A stretch of DNA of 64,000 nucleotides from Octopus sinensis (taxonomy: Eukaryota), in NCBI RefSeq assembly GCF_006345805.1, contig NC_043013.1, positions 40,486,001 to 40,550,000 on the forward strand, in the 5' to 3' direction. The notes under the pieces were generated by a model that did no database searches, was not told the DNA's origin, and saw only the letters and a program-made list of their open reading frames with translations. How positions within the stretch are numbered: position 1 is the first letter of the stretch; every line of letters begins with the position of its first letter. Position numbers and translations under genes: made by a program. Below are positions 47,871-61,534 of the stretch, in pieces.

Positions 47871-49316
47871 AGGAAATATTTTTTTTTATACAATATCTTT
47901 TACTACTACATGCTAAATAATTATATAATTCCAAATTAAAATATATGCTATGGGCACCCTTATATTTCATTAATTTGCCTATCTGCCACTTTTTATATCT
48001 CTAACTCCCACTAATTACAGTTTTCATTCTGTTTCCTTCTTTACTTGAAATCTTTGCTTTTTCTATTGGCTCTTTCCACCTCTTCTCTTTAATTCTTAGT
48101 TTCCACTCTTTCGTGTCGTCATAGCCCTAATTCCTCATCCATTCATTCCACACTCCCAACTTCTCCCTTCTTTTCTCAAATGAGGTCTTCGCCGAGATAT
48201 ATAGCATCCAAGGTCAGGCCTACAATATGCACCCCATTTCTACAACGCCCTTCAGTTTCTTATCAATTTGACCAAACTTTTTCTAGTGTGATTTTTCTAT
48301 CTTATGACTTTTAAACAAGTTGACCCCTAGTATTACTTTTTTTAAATCTCAACCGTTGACAAACAGTAAGTTAAAAGTGTTCAGCGGATCTATTATTGGT
48401 TCATTGCATTTATGACAGCTAGTGGCGAGGGAGAGTCTGTAGCTCGATGTGAAATAAATATCTCAAATTTGCCCCTTAAAACAGTGATTTTTCAGTTTTC
48501 TTGCCCACGTTTATATATCTTTCATTGATTATACATCGATAAAAGATGTACATGCATACATATTTACATACACAAGTTTCCTTCAACCAAAATATTACTC
48601 CCAAAGAAATAGTCAATCTGGGACCATGATACCACTTGTCAAAGATTCCGTCCAGCGGGATCGAACCAAGAACGGTATGGTTATAAAGCGAACTTAACTA
48701 CTCTATTACTGAGCTATCATTATAATATGCTAGTGGGTGTCAGAGCTCCAACAATGACCTAATATATAATATTTTTACCTTTTTACCGCCAAAAGGATTT
48801 TTCAAAAGAAAATTATCATTAAAAAAAACATCATTATCGTTTTTTAATACGCTAAAAATATATTTAAAAGATGGGAAAAAAATCTGTAAAACTCATACAT
48901 TTGTTTCCCTCCCAGAATAAATTTTTGTCTAATTTATGGCGATACACTTCCTGGTTTTGGTTCAAGATTCGAAAATGTTTAGTTTATATTTGGCTCACAT
49001 GTAGAACCATAATAACTACAGGGGTAGTGTTTCAGCATATAGTGTTCATCTCTCCTCGTCCCTTTTCACTCTTCCACCCAGCAAGGCAGTTGCTGTAATT
49101 TGTCAGAAATAATAGGCTAAATAGACGGCATTTTTTCTTTTCTCTCTCTCTTCTAAATAAATACTGTTGATTTGTTCTCTTTTATAACAATATGGGAAAT
49201 TTTACGCAGAAAACGTAGTTAAAGACAAATGAGATCTGCTTTATAGGTGGGAGAGAGAAATTTATTGATGAACTGAATATGATTATTTAGGAAACAGTAT
49301 TTTCCTTAGGTATGTA

Positions 49317-49389
<73 letters not shown>

Positions 49390-49734
49390 CACACACACAC
49401 ACACACACACGTATTGGTTCCAAGGCTAGCAAGTGCGATGGAGGAGATAAGTCGATTACATTGACCCCAGTGCACAACTGGTACTCATTTTATCGACCCA
49501 GAAAGGATGAAAGGCAAAGTCGACCTCAGCGGAATTAGACGGATGGAATGCCGCTAAAGCATTTTGCTCGGCGTGCTAACGATTCTGCCATACACACACA
49601 CACGCACGCGCGCGCATATATGTATATGTATATACGAGCGTATATGATGGACTCTCCCGTCGAAGACGAAGTGTGAGCGTTCAGTTTTTGCCGTTCGACC
49701 TGCACAAATGATTTGTTTATTGTGATGAAATGTA

Positions 49735-49940
49735 CGTGCCGCACATTAGCTCACTCCCTCCATCAAATCGACGTTGTCTGAACAGGGGCACAGTGTGCCA
49801 CGAGTCAGGTGCCGAAGTGATTGCAGAGCAGCTTAAAGTGAAGTGTTTTGCTGAAGAACTCAACGCACCACCCGGTCTAGGAATTGAAATCACAATCTCG
49901 CGACGCGATAGTGGGTGCAGCACCCTAACCATTAAACCAC
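49735..49940 (-). mobile_element. SINE family C variant
   Basis: Reverse of the 5460-5640 type; ...GGTCTAGGAATTGAAA...CACCCTAACCA. Confidence 0.65.
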
Positions 49941-50320
49941 ACGTCCACTCACACACACACTCACACACACATACATTCGTACATGTATGCATAGATGTAT
50001 GTATGTATGTATGATAACATGCATGTATGTCTGTTATATTCCTTTTTTTTTTCTTTTAGTTCTATGAACTCCTCAAACAAAGGAAAATGTGCTTTCCACT
50101 AAAGAATCAAAACTCCTTCGCTAGAATTTAGACAACGACAACAATACAAGGTAAGCTCTTGAATTTTAGAAAAGTCTTGTTTATTTTCAGATTATCTTAT
50201 AGACTGAACGTGCAGAAAATGTGTCCGATGGTTATTTTCTTTGCTTAAAATCCCATCCTTTCCAGGTTACTACTTAAGCATTTAGTTACACCACCGAGTA
50301 TTCCAATAATTTGAGGTACT

Positions 50321-50718
50321 AAGGCGGTGAGCTATCAGAAACGTTAGCACACCGGGCGAAATGCTTAGCGGTATTTCGTCTGCCGTTACGTTCTGAGTTC
50401 AAATTCCGTCGAGGTCGACTTTGCTTTTCATCCTTTCTGGGTCGATTAAATAAGTACCAGTTACGCACTGGGGTCGATATAATCGACTTAATCCGTTTGT
50501 CTGTCCTTGTTTGTCCTCTCTGTGTGTAGCCACTTGAGGGTTGTAAAGAAATAGGTATTTCGTCTGCCGTTACGTTCTGAGTTCAAATTCAGCCGAGGTC
50601 GACTTTGCCTTTCATCCTTTCGAGGTCGATAAATTAAATACCTGTTACGTATTGGGTCGGTCTTATCGACTGGCCCCCTCCCCAGAAAATTTCGGGCATT
50701 GTGCCTAGAGTAGAAAAG
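50321..50718 (+). mobile_element. SINE family B dimer with 16-bp or longer TSD
   Basis: AATAATTTGAGGTACT at 50305-50320 and 50719-50734 brackets both units, so the dimer inserted as one piece. Confidence 0.9.
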
Positions 50719-52185
50719 AATAATTTGAGGTACTAATTGTAAATTCTTATTTGTATACTGGAAAGAGAAGCTCTAAGGTTCGAAACGTTTATTCGTCAAC
50801 ATTATCTTTCTCACTGATTTTGAAATAAATGTTTATTTCACAAATAATTATGTCAGGCCGATTTGTGTTTGCATTTCGCAGAAATTGTGACAGGATTTTT
50901 CCATTAGTAGCCGTTTTGTTGAAACGCATTTTAGTCAATATCAGGGATATTTTCCATATTTAACCCCAAGAAAGTCTTTCCTATGGATAACATTGTATAC
51001 AAGTTTCAGCAACAATATTATGCTGTATCGGAAACTTGATGTTCTCTCCACTTTTGAGCATTTGGTTGATGCATATATTCTAAGCTAATACTATCTTCGT
51101 CATAATTTACGACAATCAAAAGTTGTTTGAACTGATCTTGAGCTTCTGTTTCTTTTCATCTGACGTGGAGTGTGTGAATATCACTTTCTGTGAAAGATTC
51201 CTGCTGATGTCAGGATCTTTACGGTTTATAATAAACATGTAACAGATTTCCTTAACAGAACAAATATCTCAGATGTTAGAGTCAAAACTAGTACCGTAAA
51301 TACATACGTTAACAAAGAAAGCTCGAAACTGACATATTTTAAAAAAAGTATGATATAATATTGATACCTGCAAGTCATTTTCTTAAGAAATAGCATAGTT
51401 TAAAGTTTCCAAAGTTTGCTCCCACAACACATTCATAATCCCAGCATATTCTACCCACAAATGAAAAATTCGCCCGTATTTTACAATTAGATATTGTAAA
51501 TATCCAAAGAAAGGAAATACACTGACTTTAAAACTCACTTAGCACAGACTAATGCATGAAGGACATGACATTACGCTTCATCGGAAGATGAAACACTGGC
51601 ATAACAAATATTGGCACACTACCACTACTACTCCGATCACCATCAATAACCTCCTCCCATCACTAACACCACTACTAATTGGGTCATTAAGATGAGTTAG
51701 ACACAATGATGGTTAATTAGGGGACTAATACATACCTTCGATTACCCTGCTGAAACGGTAACTGAATATCTTAAAACGATTACACTACTGAAACGGTAAC
51801 AAAATATCTTAAACCATTCTCTGGATATGGCTTTGCTCCCCAGTATAAAATATATTCAAGGCAGATACTTATTTAATAAAGGGTTCTTTTCCTTCAACAC
51901 TTTCTAGCTCTTCCCTTTTCTCAACTTCTAGGGCTCAGCTTTTGTGTTCACGAAAATTTCGAGTATAGGGCTAAGGTGTTTACATTTGCCTATTAGTTAA
52001 ATTTTATAGTTGTACTTTGTAGTACGGAATACCAAGTATATGTCCACATAGAGCTTACCTATTTACGTATACTTACAAGCACATATGTATCTAGTTATGT
52101 ACTTTTATATGCATGCCTGTATCTAACTATATTTACACGCACATTTATTTATTTATTTATGTGCACATGTGTTTGTGTGCATTTA

Positions 52186-52933
52186 TACAAGGTGCATTCC
52201 AGAAGTTTTGAAACTATTCCTGGAGAGATATTTATTAATTTCAAAGAAATATGAAACTATAATATCCTTAAAACGTACGATCCTCTGACTTCAGTACACT
52301 TGTAGCGTTCCATCCACTTCGTGAAAGCTCCATGGAAGCCCTCAAAGTGGTGTTCAGAACCCTTGTTACAGCCTCTTTCATCTTCAAAACGACTGCCCCT
52401 GACGTTCTTCTTTAACTCGGGGAACAACCAAAAGTCACAGGTGCAAGGTCTGGGCTGTATGGAAGATGAGGGACGGTTTGATGCCCATCTCTGTCAAGTA
52501 GTTGGTTACCAGGATGTTCGTCACTGAGCATCCTGGGAACAAACTTTGCACAAGTTTTGCACAGTTGTCACACCAACTCCAAACTGTATGCTTATTGTCT
52601 TTATAGACATACGACGATCTTTATCCAGAAAACTGCGAATTTTTTCAACCATCCCTGATGTCCTGACGTCTTCCACCACCCACATCTCTCATTGTCTCTC
52701 ACTTCTTACCATCCTCGAACCTCTTGTGCCAGTGCAAAACAGATGCTCGGCTCATATGCAGTCTGGAGCATTTCAAAGGTCTCTGTAGCATTTATGCCCA
52801 TTATAGGACAAAATTTGATCGGATAGCGGACTTCCAAATTATCTTCACGTCGCGACTGTTTTCTGCAAGCTAGTCAACCGTGACTAACAGTGTTTAGTAG
52901 GGTTTATTCAAAGTGCTGTTCTAGCCGTCTCCT
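52186..52933 (-). mobile_element. Internally deleted mariner (3' TIR with partial transposase), cut off by a piggyBac
   Basis: TA + CAAGGTGCATTCCAGAAGTTTTGAAACT TIR; minus translation VRYPIKFC...ATETFEMLQTAY (HTH) and HLPYSPDLA.CDFWLFPELK...FHGAFTKWMER. Confidence 0.8.
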
Positions 52934-52937
52934 TTAA

Positions 52938-54565
52938 CCCCATGACAACGGTTTTTTATTTTATTTTATCAAGCAACTACGTTACATTGACGGTAATCAT
53001 CTCGGCTGAGATCAGCAATTAGCGCACGACAATGGTTCGGCGTAAATTTACATCAACCGCTTTAACTAGTTTACGACGGTGATCCATTCAGTTGCTTGCG
53101 CGCGGCAACGGGAATCGCGCCGATTGAGGTCAGCGCTCAATGCGAGATTACGTTCGGCGTATATTTACGTCAACCGCTTTTGTGCAAGTACTGTTTATTT
53201 ACCTAAATTATATCCCTGTGCAGGACGCTCATGCGGTATTATTCCTGAATAAGATCACTCGACACAAGTTCGTGTATTTACAATCACGTGAATTCAAAAA
53301 TTTCTATAGTGTGGTAGAGTTCAAAACTGAGTACTACACACAGTGGCATATCACATTGTGAACAATGCTATCTAGTTTCCTTGTGTTTTCTTTTTGCTTT
53401 ACATACTGTGCATCTCTTTGAAGCATTTGTTTTCTTGGCAGTGGGGGGAAAATGTTCACGTCCCTTCACTATGCGGTGAGGAGAGAGTCCTGCGCGGGGA
53501 CGTCCACAAGTTCTGTACTTTGGCAGGTCTGATTCCTGAATGTTAGTCCATCCCCCACATCGCCAAGTATCTGCCGAATCAAATATGAGTTCACGACACA
53601 CATGTCAACTATATACAAGAACATTTTTTTGTACCATTTCACCGATTTGCGTGTCGTCGTCAGCTGATCTGAACGAACGATCCTGCCCATCCGTTCATTG
53701 TATGAAGCAACTACACTCAGTTTCTTTATGGCATTACCGTCCACATCTTGATTCCTAATGTCCTTCATGCTAGCAGAATGTATTGTGGATAACATGCAGG
53801 CGTTTTTCTTGTCTCGCCACACTAGAGCGAGAATATCACTATCGGTGCATCGGTACACTGTTTCTCCCTTTCGAAGTTATGTCTTGAGAAGATCGAGTGG
53901 CATGTTTTTCCTGTGAGTCCTCACAGTCCCACAGGCATTAGTCCTCCTCGCCTGCAGCTGCAGGAAGAGGTCTGGACTAGATACCAGTTGTCCATATAAA
54001 TATTGTAGCCTTTTGTCAAAAAAGTTTTCATTCAGCGACAACACGATATCAGTTGCTGCTAAAGTAGACGCGGGAAGATCCAATCTGTCCTGACCAGTGT
54101 AGATTTTGTAATTCCACGTGTACTCACAGGCTCTGTCAGTTAATTGGCATACTTTATAAATTTTGACTACTAAGCGGACACGTTTAGTCGGGTTGTATTT
54201 TTTTAATCGGGTCCTTCCCTTGAATTTCTACAAATTCTCGTCCGTACAAATGTCCTTTGTGGTGACATACACCGTTCTGAAATTTTCAGCCACTTCGTCA
54301 ACGATAGGACGTATTTTGTGCAGCCTGTCATCCTGGTTCTCGCCTGAGCTGAAATGTAGATTTGGAAGAGGCGCCAAAATTCGATCACCTGGTATTGTTT
54401 CCGGAAAGAAAGGTGTCACTGTGGTTGGATCCTGATTCCAATATGACGCCAGAGTCGGTTTTTTCATGATGCCCATCAGTATCAGCAGAACAAACAAAAC
54501 TTTGAAGCAGGTCGGTGCAACGGCTTGGAGTAACACTGGACTTTGTTTCGCTGGTGCCTCCATGT
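52938..54565 (-). mobile_element. piggyBac transposon relic (PGBD4-like transposase with 3' terminus)
   Basis: TTAA (52934-37) + CCCC terminus; 29-bp subterminal direct repeats at 53035 and 53152; motifs LMGIMKKP.L.SYW, DRLHKIRP, DE.L.KFKGR, WRDKK...LSTIH, YN..MG....DQ, KWYKK.F..VD and C-terminal CTVC...HCSQCDMPLC...YH; stops and frameshifts. Confidence 0.9.
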
Positions 54566-54574
54566 CATCTCTTC

Positions 54575-55990
54575 AGAGAATGAAGTTTATTGAAGAGGAA
54601 GTAAAAAATATCACACAGGTAGTGGAAAGAGACAGACTAGTTTGGATAGTTGCCCATGGAAACTATCCAAACTACGATACGCACAGTGATGTATCGTACA
54701 ATCGGATTAAAGTCAAGGAGAGTAGAAAGAATCACAGAGGCTCAAATACAAAAAGCTTTAGGGTCCGTCTGGAACCTAATGGAATGCATACAGTGAGGAA
54801 GAGGCTACGGGATGGTGGAGGTGAGATTCCGCACAGACGAGCTGTTGTTGGTTCCTTTCTACTGCAGTCAGAGTTTGGCCAAAATAATCATACAACAGGT
54901 CACCGCCAGAAATAACAATTTCTTGGCTAATCGCTGCAGTAACAATAGGCATCGTGGAAAACACGAAAATTCTCGAAACCTATCAAACCAAAAAGAAGAA
55001 CTTGTCCGGGATGACGATAGAAGTCCTCATCCAAACAACCCAAAAGAATGTGGATCTCATTCCAGACTAGATCCATCTTCTTGGAGGCAGCATTATTTCA
55101 GTCAGAGTGGATGGAAGGAAAGCAGTGCCACATTTGCTTTTCGACAACCCATCTAAAAGCCTTCTGATCTAGACTGAAGGAAAAAGAGAGCCGCACGTCT
55201 CTCCTCCCTATACCAACAACAACCACCAAAACTCGATTCAGCCGTGGCAGCACCAATACGAACCATACCGACACCGAGTTCCCCCAAACATGTTTCAGCA
55301 CCCGAAGATGTTTCCCTTCCTGTTGTCGAGCGAGCGGACATCACCCATGTGGAGTCTGATCGAAATGAGGAGTAGAAGACCAAAAAAAAAAAAAAAAATG
55401 AAAAAAGAAAAAACACGGAAAAATGACAAAAAGAAAAACAAACAGCAACAATCTCTATCCATACAAGCAGTAGTGAGGGAAAAAAATAAAACCAACAAAA
55501 ATACACCCGAAACAGATACTGCATTGCCACCACCACCACCACCACAAACGTTTGAAACACTACCTCAACAAACAACACCACAAACACAACCCATCCCACA
55601 TACAACCACAACAACAATCACAATAACAACGACAACAGCAACAACAGCAACAACAGCAACAAACAAAGTAAAGAGATTAGCATTACAAACTACATCGTAA
55701 TAAGCACAAAAGACAATGAATTGATGAAGTGCATAATAACACACAAACATAACCCGAAGATTTTGTCACACTCACAATCTCCCTACCTGCACACATACAA
55801 ATCGTTCAAACAACACGAAACACCACATACACACACTTAAAAAACCAATTCCCTACAGGAAATCGGAAATTTTTGAGGGAATATCACAAAAATTTCTTGG
55901 TGATTTGCTGCTGGAAACACCCCAAGTCAACAGGAAGGACGTATAAACTGTACCTCCTTACAAAACCAAGTAAGTTTTCCACTTCTTTCC
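54575..55990 (+). pseudogene. Tx1/L1 LINE ORF1 region (RRM-like block, broken CCHC knuckle, low-complexity tail)
   Basis: RTVMYRTI...EAQIQKALG...GMVEVRF...P.YC...KI.I..V is homologous to 60720-61000; CHICFRQ.HLKAFC knuckle near 55130-55165 with a frameshift. Confidence 0.65.
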
Positions 55991-56008
55991 GTTTCCTTTT
56001 CTGACAAT

Positions 56009-59000
56009 ATGGTCATGTACAGAATCGGCAGCGTGAATGTACGTGGCCTGGGGTCGCCTTGGAAGGGAGTCGCCTGCTAAACGACCTCGGGGCAGTGAAT
56101 GTCGATGTGGTGGCAATTAGTGAAACCAGAATTTTGGACTCACGGTACTTCTGACCCATTTTCGCTGACTATGAGATGTACCCATCTCCAAGTCGTCCGG
56201 GAGCGGGATGCAGAGTCGCTGTGATGGTTCAGAACAATCTGGAGTTTGCAATACTGACGGTCTTCCTTGATCTAGAAGGTAAATCGGTGGTGCTGGACGC
56301 GACCAGCAGCGAAATACATACTTTCAGGCTAGTTGCCGTCTATGCCCCGACAGGGACAGGAAGACCAGATTTATCAGACGTCTGGAAACTTTCCTGGGAA
56401 CGTGCCACTCTTTAATGTTAGTAGGGGATTGGAATGGAGTTTTAGATGCAAGGTGGAACTGTGTGGGTTTAGCCGATAGGGGAGGAGGGTGCAAAAGTCT
56501 CGAAAACCTGCTCAGACGATTCCAACTGCCTGACGGGTTTCGACTGGATTTCCCTGATGTGCCAATGTGGACCAGGCCAAACCGCATCGGGTCTTCCAGA
56601 TCGTATCTAGATAGGGTATTCTATGGAGTAGCAGATAAAGATAGCATAGGTTGTCCATAGTTTAAAGTAGTCGACTACACAGACCACATATTCGTGATTT
56701 GTACAGTAGACTTAGACAGGGACCCGGTTACGGAAGCTGAACGTGTCGTTGCCGGTGCGTAAAGATTTCAGAGACTGGATTAGTGAACTAGTTAAGCGGG
56801 CGTTGACGGGAACAATCATCAACAATAAATGGTGGTTCACCCTGAAGAGGACAATTAGAATAGAATCAATGAGGTTTAGTAAAGGACTAGCAATAGAAAG
56901 AAACAGAGCAGAGGTTGGGCTAGTCAGGAAGTTTGACGCTTTTTGAAAAGGCATCGCGGCCGACGTGCTTGCAACAAGATTGGCACTCGACCAATTCTTC
57001 AACACGAAACACGAAGGTTGCGCTGTCAGAGCTAAGGCTTGTTCTCTTAGACACAATGGGCCTGAGTGGCTGAAGCACGGCGTGGTAATAAATCTACAAT
57101 CCGATTCTTGCCGGACCACGACGGGCAAAGGATAACTGATCCGAGACAGATGTGTGAAGCCTTTCAGCGGCACCTCGCTTAACTGCTCCAGGAGTAGCGG
57201 TGAGTCGGATCGCAGGATGGATTTCACATCCTACTTCGACGGACTGCTGCGGTTCTCAGCGACGGAGGTAACGCACGGGAAGCAACGGCTAGCTGTATGA
57301 GGAGTAAATCACATGGTTTGGCTTACATGTCAAACTTGTTCGACGATCTCTTAGCAAATGTTTACTGCAACTAGCAATAGAATGGGAAAATTCACAGTTT
57401 TATGAGTCGAGGAGCGATGGCGTTACTGAGAAAAGACTCGAACAAGGGGCACTGTATTAACAACTTTAAGCCCATAACTCTGCTGAATGCAGAGTTCAAA
57501 ATTTTGGCCAAGGTATTAGCTACGAGGTTGGCGCTTGTCGTCGATGATCTGGTAGAGGATGCACAGACATGTGCCATCCCGAAAAGATCCATCCACGACA
57601 ACCTCCTCTCATGCGATACATCATTGAGAAAGTAACTAAAGAACCTTGCACTGGTGGGGCCCTGATCAATTTAGATCAGTCTAAAGCTTTTGATAGGGTC
57701 TAAAGCTTTCGACCATCTATACCTAGCAGCGGTCCTCAATGCAGTGGATTTAGGGGCTGGATCACTGCAATGCACAGCGGCATCTGTTCAGTGGTTAGAG
57801 TGAATGGTCACCTCTTAGAACCATTCAGCATCATGCGCTTGGTCTGGCAAGATTACCCCCTCTCATCACTCTTGTACATACTGATTCTCGTGCCATTACT
57901 ACACAAGCTGGAGACGTTGAGGGGCATACCGCGTGACCTAGGATGTAGGAAATACCTGTAGGCATATGCCGATGACGTTACGTAGTGGGTCGGATCATAA
58001 ACACATGGAATGATCGGCACTGTTCTCAGGGACTATGAGGCGGTGTCAAGAGCGACGAATAACAGGGGAAAATCAGTGAGCTTGCGGCTCAGCACCTGGA
58101 GAAGCAAGTCCATGCCGTCTAAATGTCTCGTTGAGCGCTAGAGAGACGGACCGGTTAAATTGCTCGGGGTCTCGTTTGGTCCGAATCTCCAGATGGAGAA
58201 AAACTGAGTCAAGGTATCGAACAGGGTGACTACTCTCACCCAGAAATGGACCGAGAGGAAGCTATCTCTAAAAGGTCGAACAGAGGCAGCTAACGCGTAC
58301 ATAACGTCCGTCATCTACTACTGCTTGACCATCGTACCTTGTCCCGACCACCGTCTGATTACGTTGGAGCGTATACTCTGAGGCTACAATATCTCCAGTG
58401 CTTCCTTGAGGTGAACAGGTGTGGTCGCCGTTCGCCAGACGCGTATTTTCCCAGCTATTTTCTTTAACAGAACTGTAGTCCTGAGTAAAACAGGGACCGA
58501 GAAAGACATTTGGAAAGTGGAATGTCTTCAAGCGTTCACTGCTTTCAACCAGTTGGACACTGCGATAGGTGGAACGTCCACTTTAGCTTTTTATAGAGGA
58601 TTAGTGGAGGAAAAGTGCGACGACGTTCTTGGAGAGATCTTGGGCGTCGAAGAAGATCAGCTAGCCGCTCTTTTCTGGAGAACTTCCAGTTCGAGACCGA
58701 TAGATAATTTCCAAAAAGTTTTGGCCTGGCAGCTCTACCGGGGAGCTTTGCTTGTTCGAGATAAAGTTTACAGGCACAGAAGTGCCGTCAGCCGAGCATG
58801 TCTGAGATGTGTGCAGGACGATGAGACGGCTCTGCATGCACTCGTCCAGTGCCCGAGCATTGCTCGGGCACTTGGTTTTATGTCGAACACCTGCTGTCGC
58901 GTGTATGACGGATCTGGCTGTCAACTGAATCCATCTTGATGATCACCCTGCCGCTTTCTTTTTAACCGAAAAAGGAAGGCTGTCTCTACATGCCTGGTGG

Positions 59001-59200
59001 CTATGGCGAATGAGGTTATACGGTGGACTAGACTGAAGAAGCTGAAGACAAACACTTTTCTCTTTGGCTAATCCCTAATCGACTTCTTCAAATTTACTTG
59101 AAATGGAAAGTAGGGATAGAGAAGTGTTGTCTTCTAACCAGTTTGCTGAAAGGTGGATAAAAGTAGCTTGAATGGTGCGTGTGAACAGACGTACCCTGAG
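56009..59200 (+). pseudogene. Tx1/L1 LINE ORF2 (APE-RT-CCHC), decayed
   Basis: MVMYRIGSVNVRGL, DVVAISETR, LVAVYAP, LVGDWNGVLD, SYLDR, TDH (APE); FKPITLLNAEFKILAKVLATRL, LDQSKAFDRV, YADDVT (RT); CLRC..DDETALHALVQC (zinc knuckle); many stops. Confidence 0.9.
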
Positions 59201-59465
59201 CACACACCTGTAGTTGGGAAAAAGGAAAAGAAAAAAGGCACCTTCCCCAAAAGTCAGGGAACCCATGGTTTTTATGGAGATTTTCCATGAGCAGCCTTCG
59301 AACGTCTCCTACCACATTGTTGAATTTGTTTTTTTCTATGTTTACACGCAAAACCCTTACAAAACACACTCACAGACATACATACACACATTATTTGTTT
59401 TGTCCCGTACAGTCTTTAATGTTTTTATTTAATGTAAACCCTTTGTGGTTAGTAAAAAAAAAAGA
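59200..59465 (+). mobile_element. Tx1/L1 3' UTR and poly(A) tail
   Basis: Follows the ORF2 end and terminates AAACCCTTTGTGGTTAGT + A-run at 59453-59463. Confidence 0.7.
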
Positions 59466-59480
59466 ATTATTATTATTATT

Positions 59481-60017
59481 GTTGAAAGAGAGAGCAGTGC
59501 ATGCCATCAATGTGACACAGGGGTAAAATATTCGAGACCCAGTATAGCCTGACTACCTATCTGATAAGGGTACTAGGGCACATGCATCACAACCATATGT
59601 GCGTGACATGGCGATCTCATATCAAGATAAACAGCGCATGACCTTGCAGGTGGGGCCCAGTTAGAATTTTCTTCTGGTTGAGTAGCCCATCCCGCTCAAA
59701 AGACCCAGAATAAGGGTTGTTTAAGGATGTTGAACGTAACATCTATGTTTCCAGAGGTGAATTTAACAAACTCTCACACATGGCTATGATGCACCCCGCC
59801 TACTTCTGCTCGCGATCAGAGATGCACATATCGTCTTCCACAAAAGGACATGTTCTAGTTAAGATCAAGCAACTAACAAGCAAATATGTGGTATTGAGCA
59901 GAATATTTGCTGTAGCCCATCTTTTATACCAAGACAAAACAATGTACATGATAACACTTCCAATCAGCTAAAATCAGAAGCCATGAGAGCCGTGCCTAGT
60001 ACTGCATTAGGGCATTT
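59481..60017 (-). mobile_element. ~530-bp (AAT)n-flanked element, copy 2
   Basis: Reverse complement of 43317-43854; (TAT)n on both sides (59466-59480 and 60016-60076). Confidence 0.8.
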
Positions 60018-60036
60018 ATTATTATTATTATTATTA

Positions 60037-60076
<40 letters not shown>

Positions 60077-60329
60077 GCCGCCATACCGCCATACTGTAAA
60101 GTCTTGGAAATTTGGAGCTCTGTAAGTTCAAATAGTGTTTATAATCCTTTCGGCTTTCATTTTATTGTTACCATTGCGTTTCTGAGATTGTCTGAACTGC
60201 GCAGATAGTATTTTTGTGTATAAACACCCCTTGTTTTGCAGGGAGTGCGCATCAATATTTATTGAATCTTAACAACTTTCGGGAAAAAATAATATTTTGT
60301 TGTTTTCATTATTAAATTAAAGATGGCTG

Positions 60330-61000
60330 ATAAATAAGCTATCATAATGTTTGACAAAGGAACGCGTTCCCCGTTGGAGAAAAATGAGAACAAAAATGTA
60401 GCCCAAACTTAATGACGTCACCGAAGCGAATAATGTTTCGTCTCTAAATAACGTCAAAACTTTCTGTGTCGACAACGACAACAACAACAGTAACAGCAGC
60501 AGCAGTGAAACAACAACAACAACAACAACAATACGAAAGAAATGAAACATAAAAACACGAATATCGCCCTCGCCGCCACAGCCACCTCCGCTGCAATGAT
60601 TTCTTTTGCGATAACGGCGAGAAATTTGGAAAATTTCCGCATAGATGAACAAGATTTTAAAATGGCAAGAAAAATTGTTAAAAGGAATGGGAGAAAGGTA
60701 GCTCTAAACCCTTCATCTTAAGATGCACGGTCATATACCGAAGCATCACACCAGGTGGAAAATGCTTCTGAGAGTGAAATACAAAATGCCTTGGGCGCAT
60801 GTGGGAACAAAAGACCCACATCATCCGAGGAAAGAAGTTTGGAACTATTGAGGCGAGATTTGGGACAGAAGAAGCCAGGTTTCATTCCGCGACCAATTTG
60901 AGGAATGAAAACTTCTTAATCCCCAGCTATCACGATCAACACCTTGCCAAGATTAGGGTGTTGAATGTGCCGCCAGAAATATCCATCACCTGGTTAGCGT
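60330..61000 (+). pseudogene. Second Tx1/L1-like ORF1 5' fragment
   Basis: Low-complexity N-terminus, then TVIYRSI...SESEIQNALG...IIRGKKFGTIEARF...IPSY....KIRVLNVPPEI; diverged homologue of 54660-54930. Confidence 0.6.
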
Positions 61001-61039
61001 CTTGGCAGGTTAATCATCGTCCTTATTATTATTCAAGCA

Positions 61040-61247
61040 CTAGGCTGGCAAAATCGTTAGCACTCTGGACAAAATGCTTAGCCGAATTTCGTCCGTCTTT
61101 ATGCTCTGAGTTCAAATTCCGCCGAGGTCGACTTTGCCTTTCATCCTTTCGGGGTCGATGAATTAAGTTCCAGTCAAGTACTGGGATCGATGTGATCGAT
61201 TGTCCCCATCTCTACGAAAATCCAGGCCTTGTGCCTAGTAGAAAGGA
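61040..61247 (+). mobile_element. SINE family B
   Basis: GCTGGCAAAATCGTTAGCAC...CTGAGTTCAAATTCCGCCGAGGTCGACTTTGCC; (TAT)n tail. Confidence 0.8.
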
Positions 61248-61534
61248 TTATTATTATTATTATTATTATTATTATTTTATTATTATTATTATCATTATTA
61301 TTATTATTCAGTAGTTTTATTTTTATAACGTGCTTTCACTTCACTACCGAGCACAGCTCTGTGTGTCTTGGGTATGTGCTGTGGTTTGCTGTGATGCTCT
61401 TATGGTTACTGTATTGAAATTGTTTTGCGTAGGTTGTGTGCTGAGCCCAGTAGTGCAATTTTCTGTATGTTATATTTATTTGTAAGTCCTGATGTTTTTG
61501 CTATGTATTTGTCTGAATATTTTTTTATCATATC

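Noticed and set aside
54466-54915. 149-aa plus-strand ORF as a host gene
   Set aside because: It spans the piggyBac/Tx1 junction; the TE motifs lie in other frames or on the other strand.
60077-60100. GCCGCCATACCGCCATAC, reminiscent of the 5S rRNA 5' end
   Set aside because: No continuation into the 5S body or internal control region.
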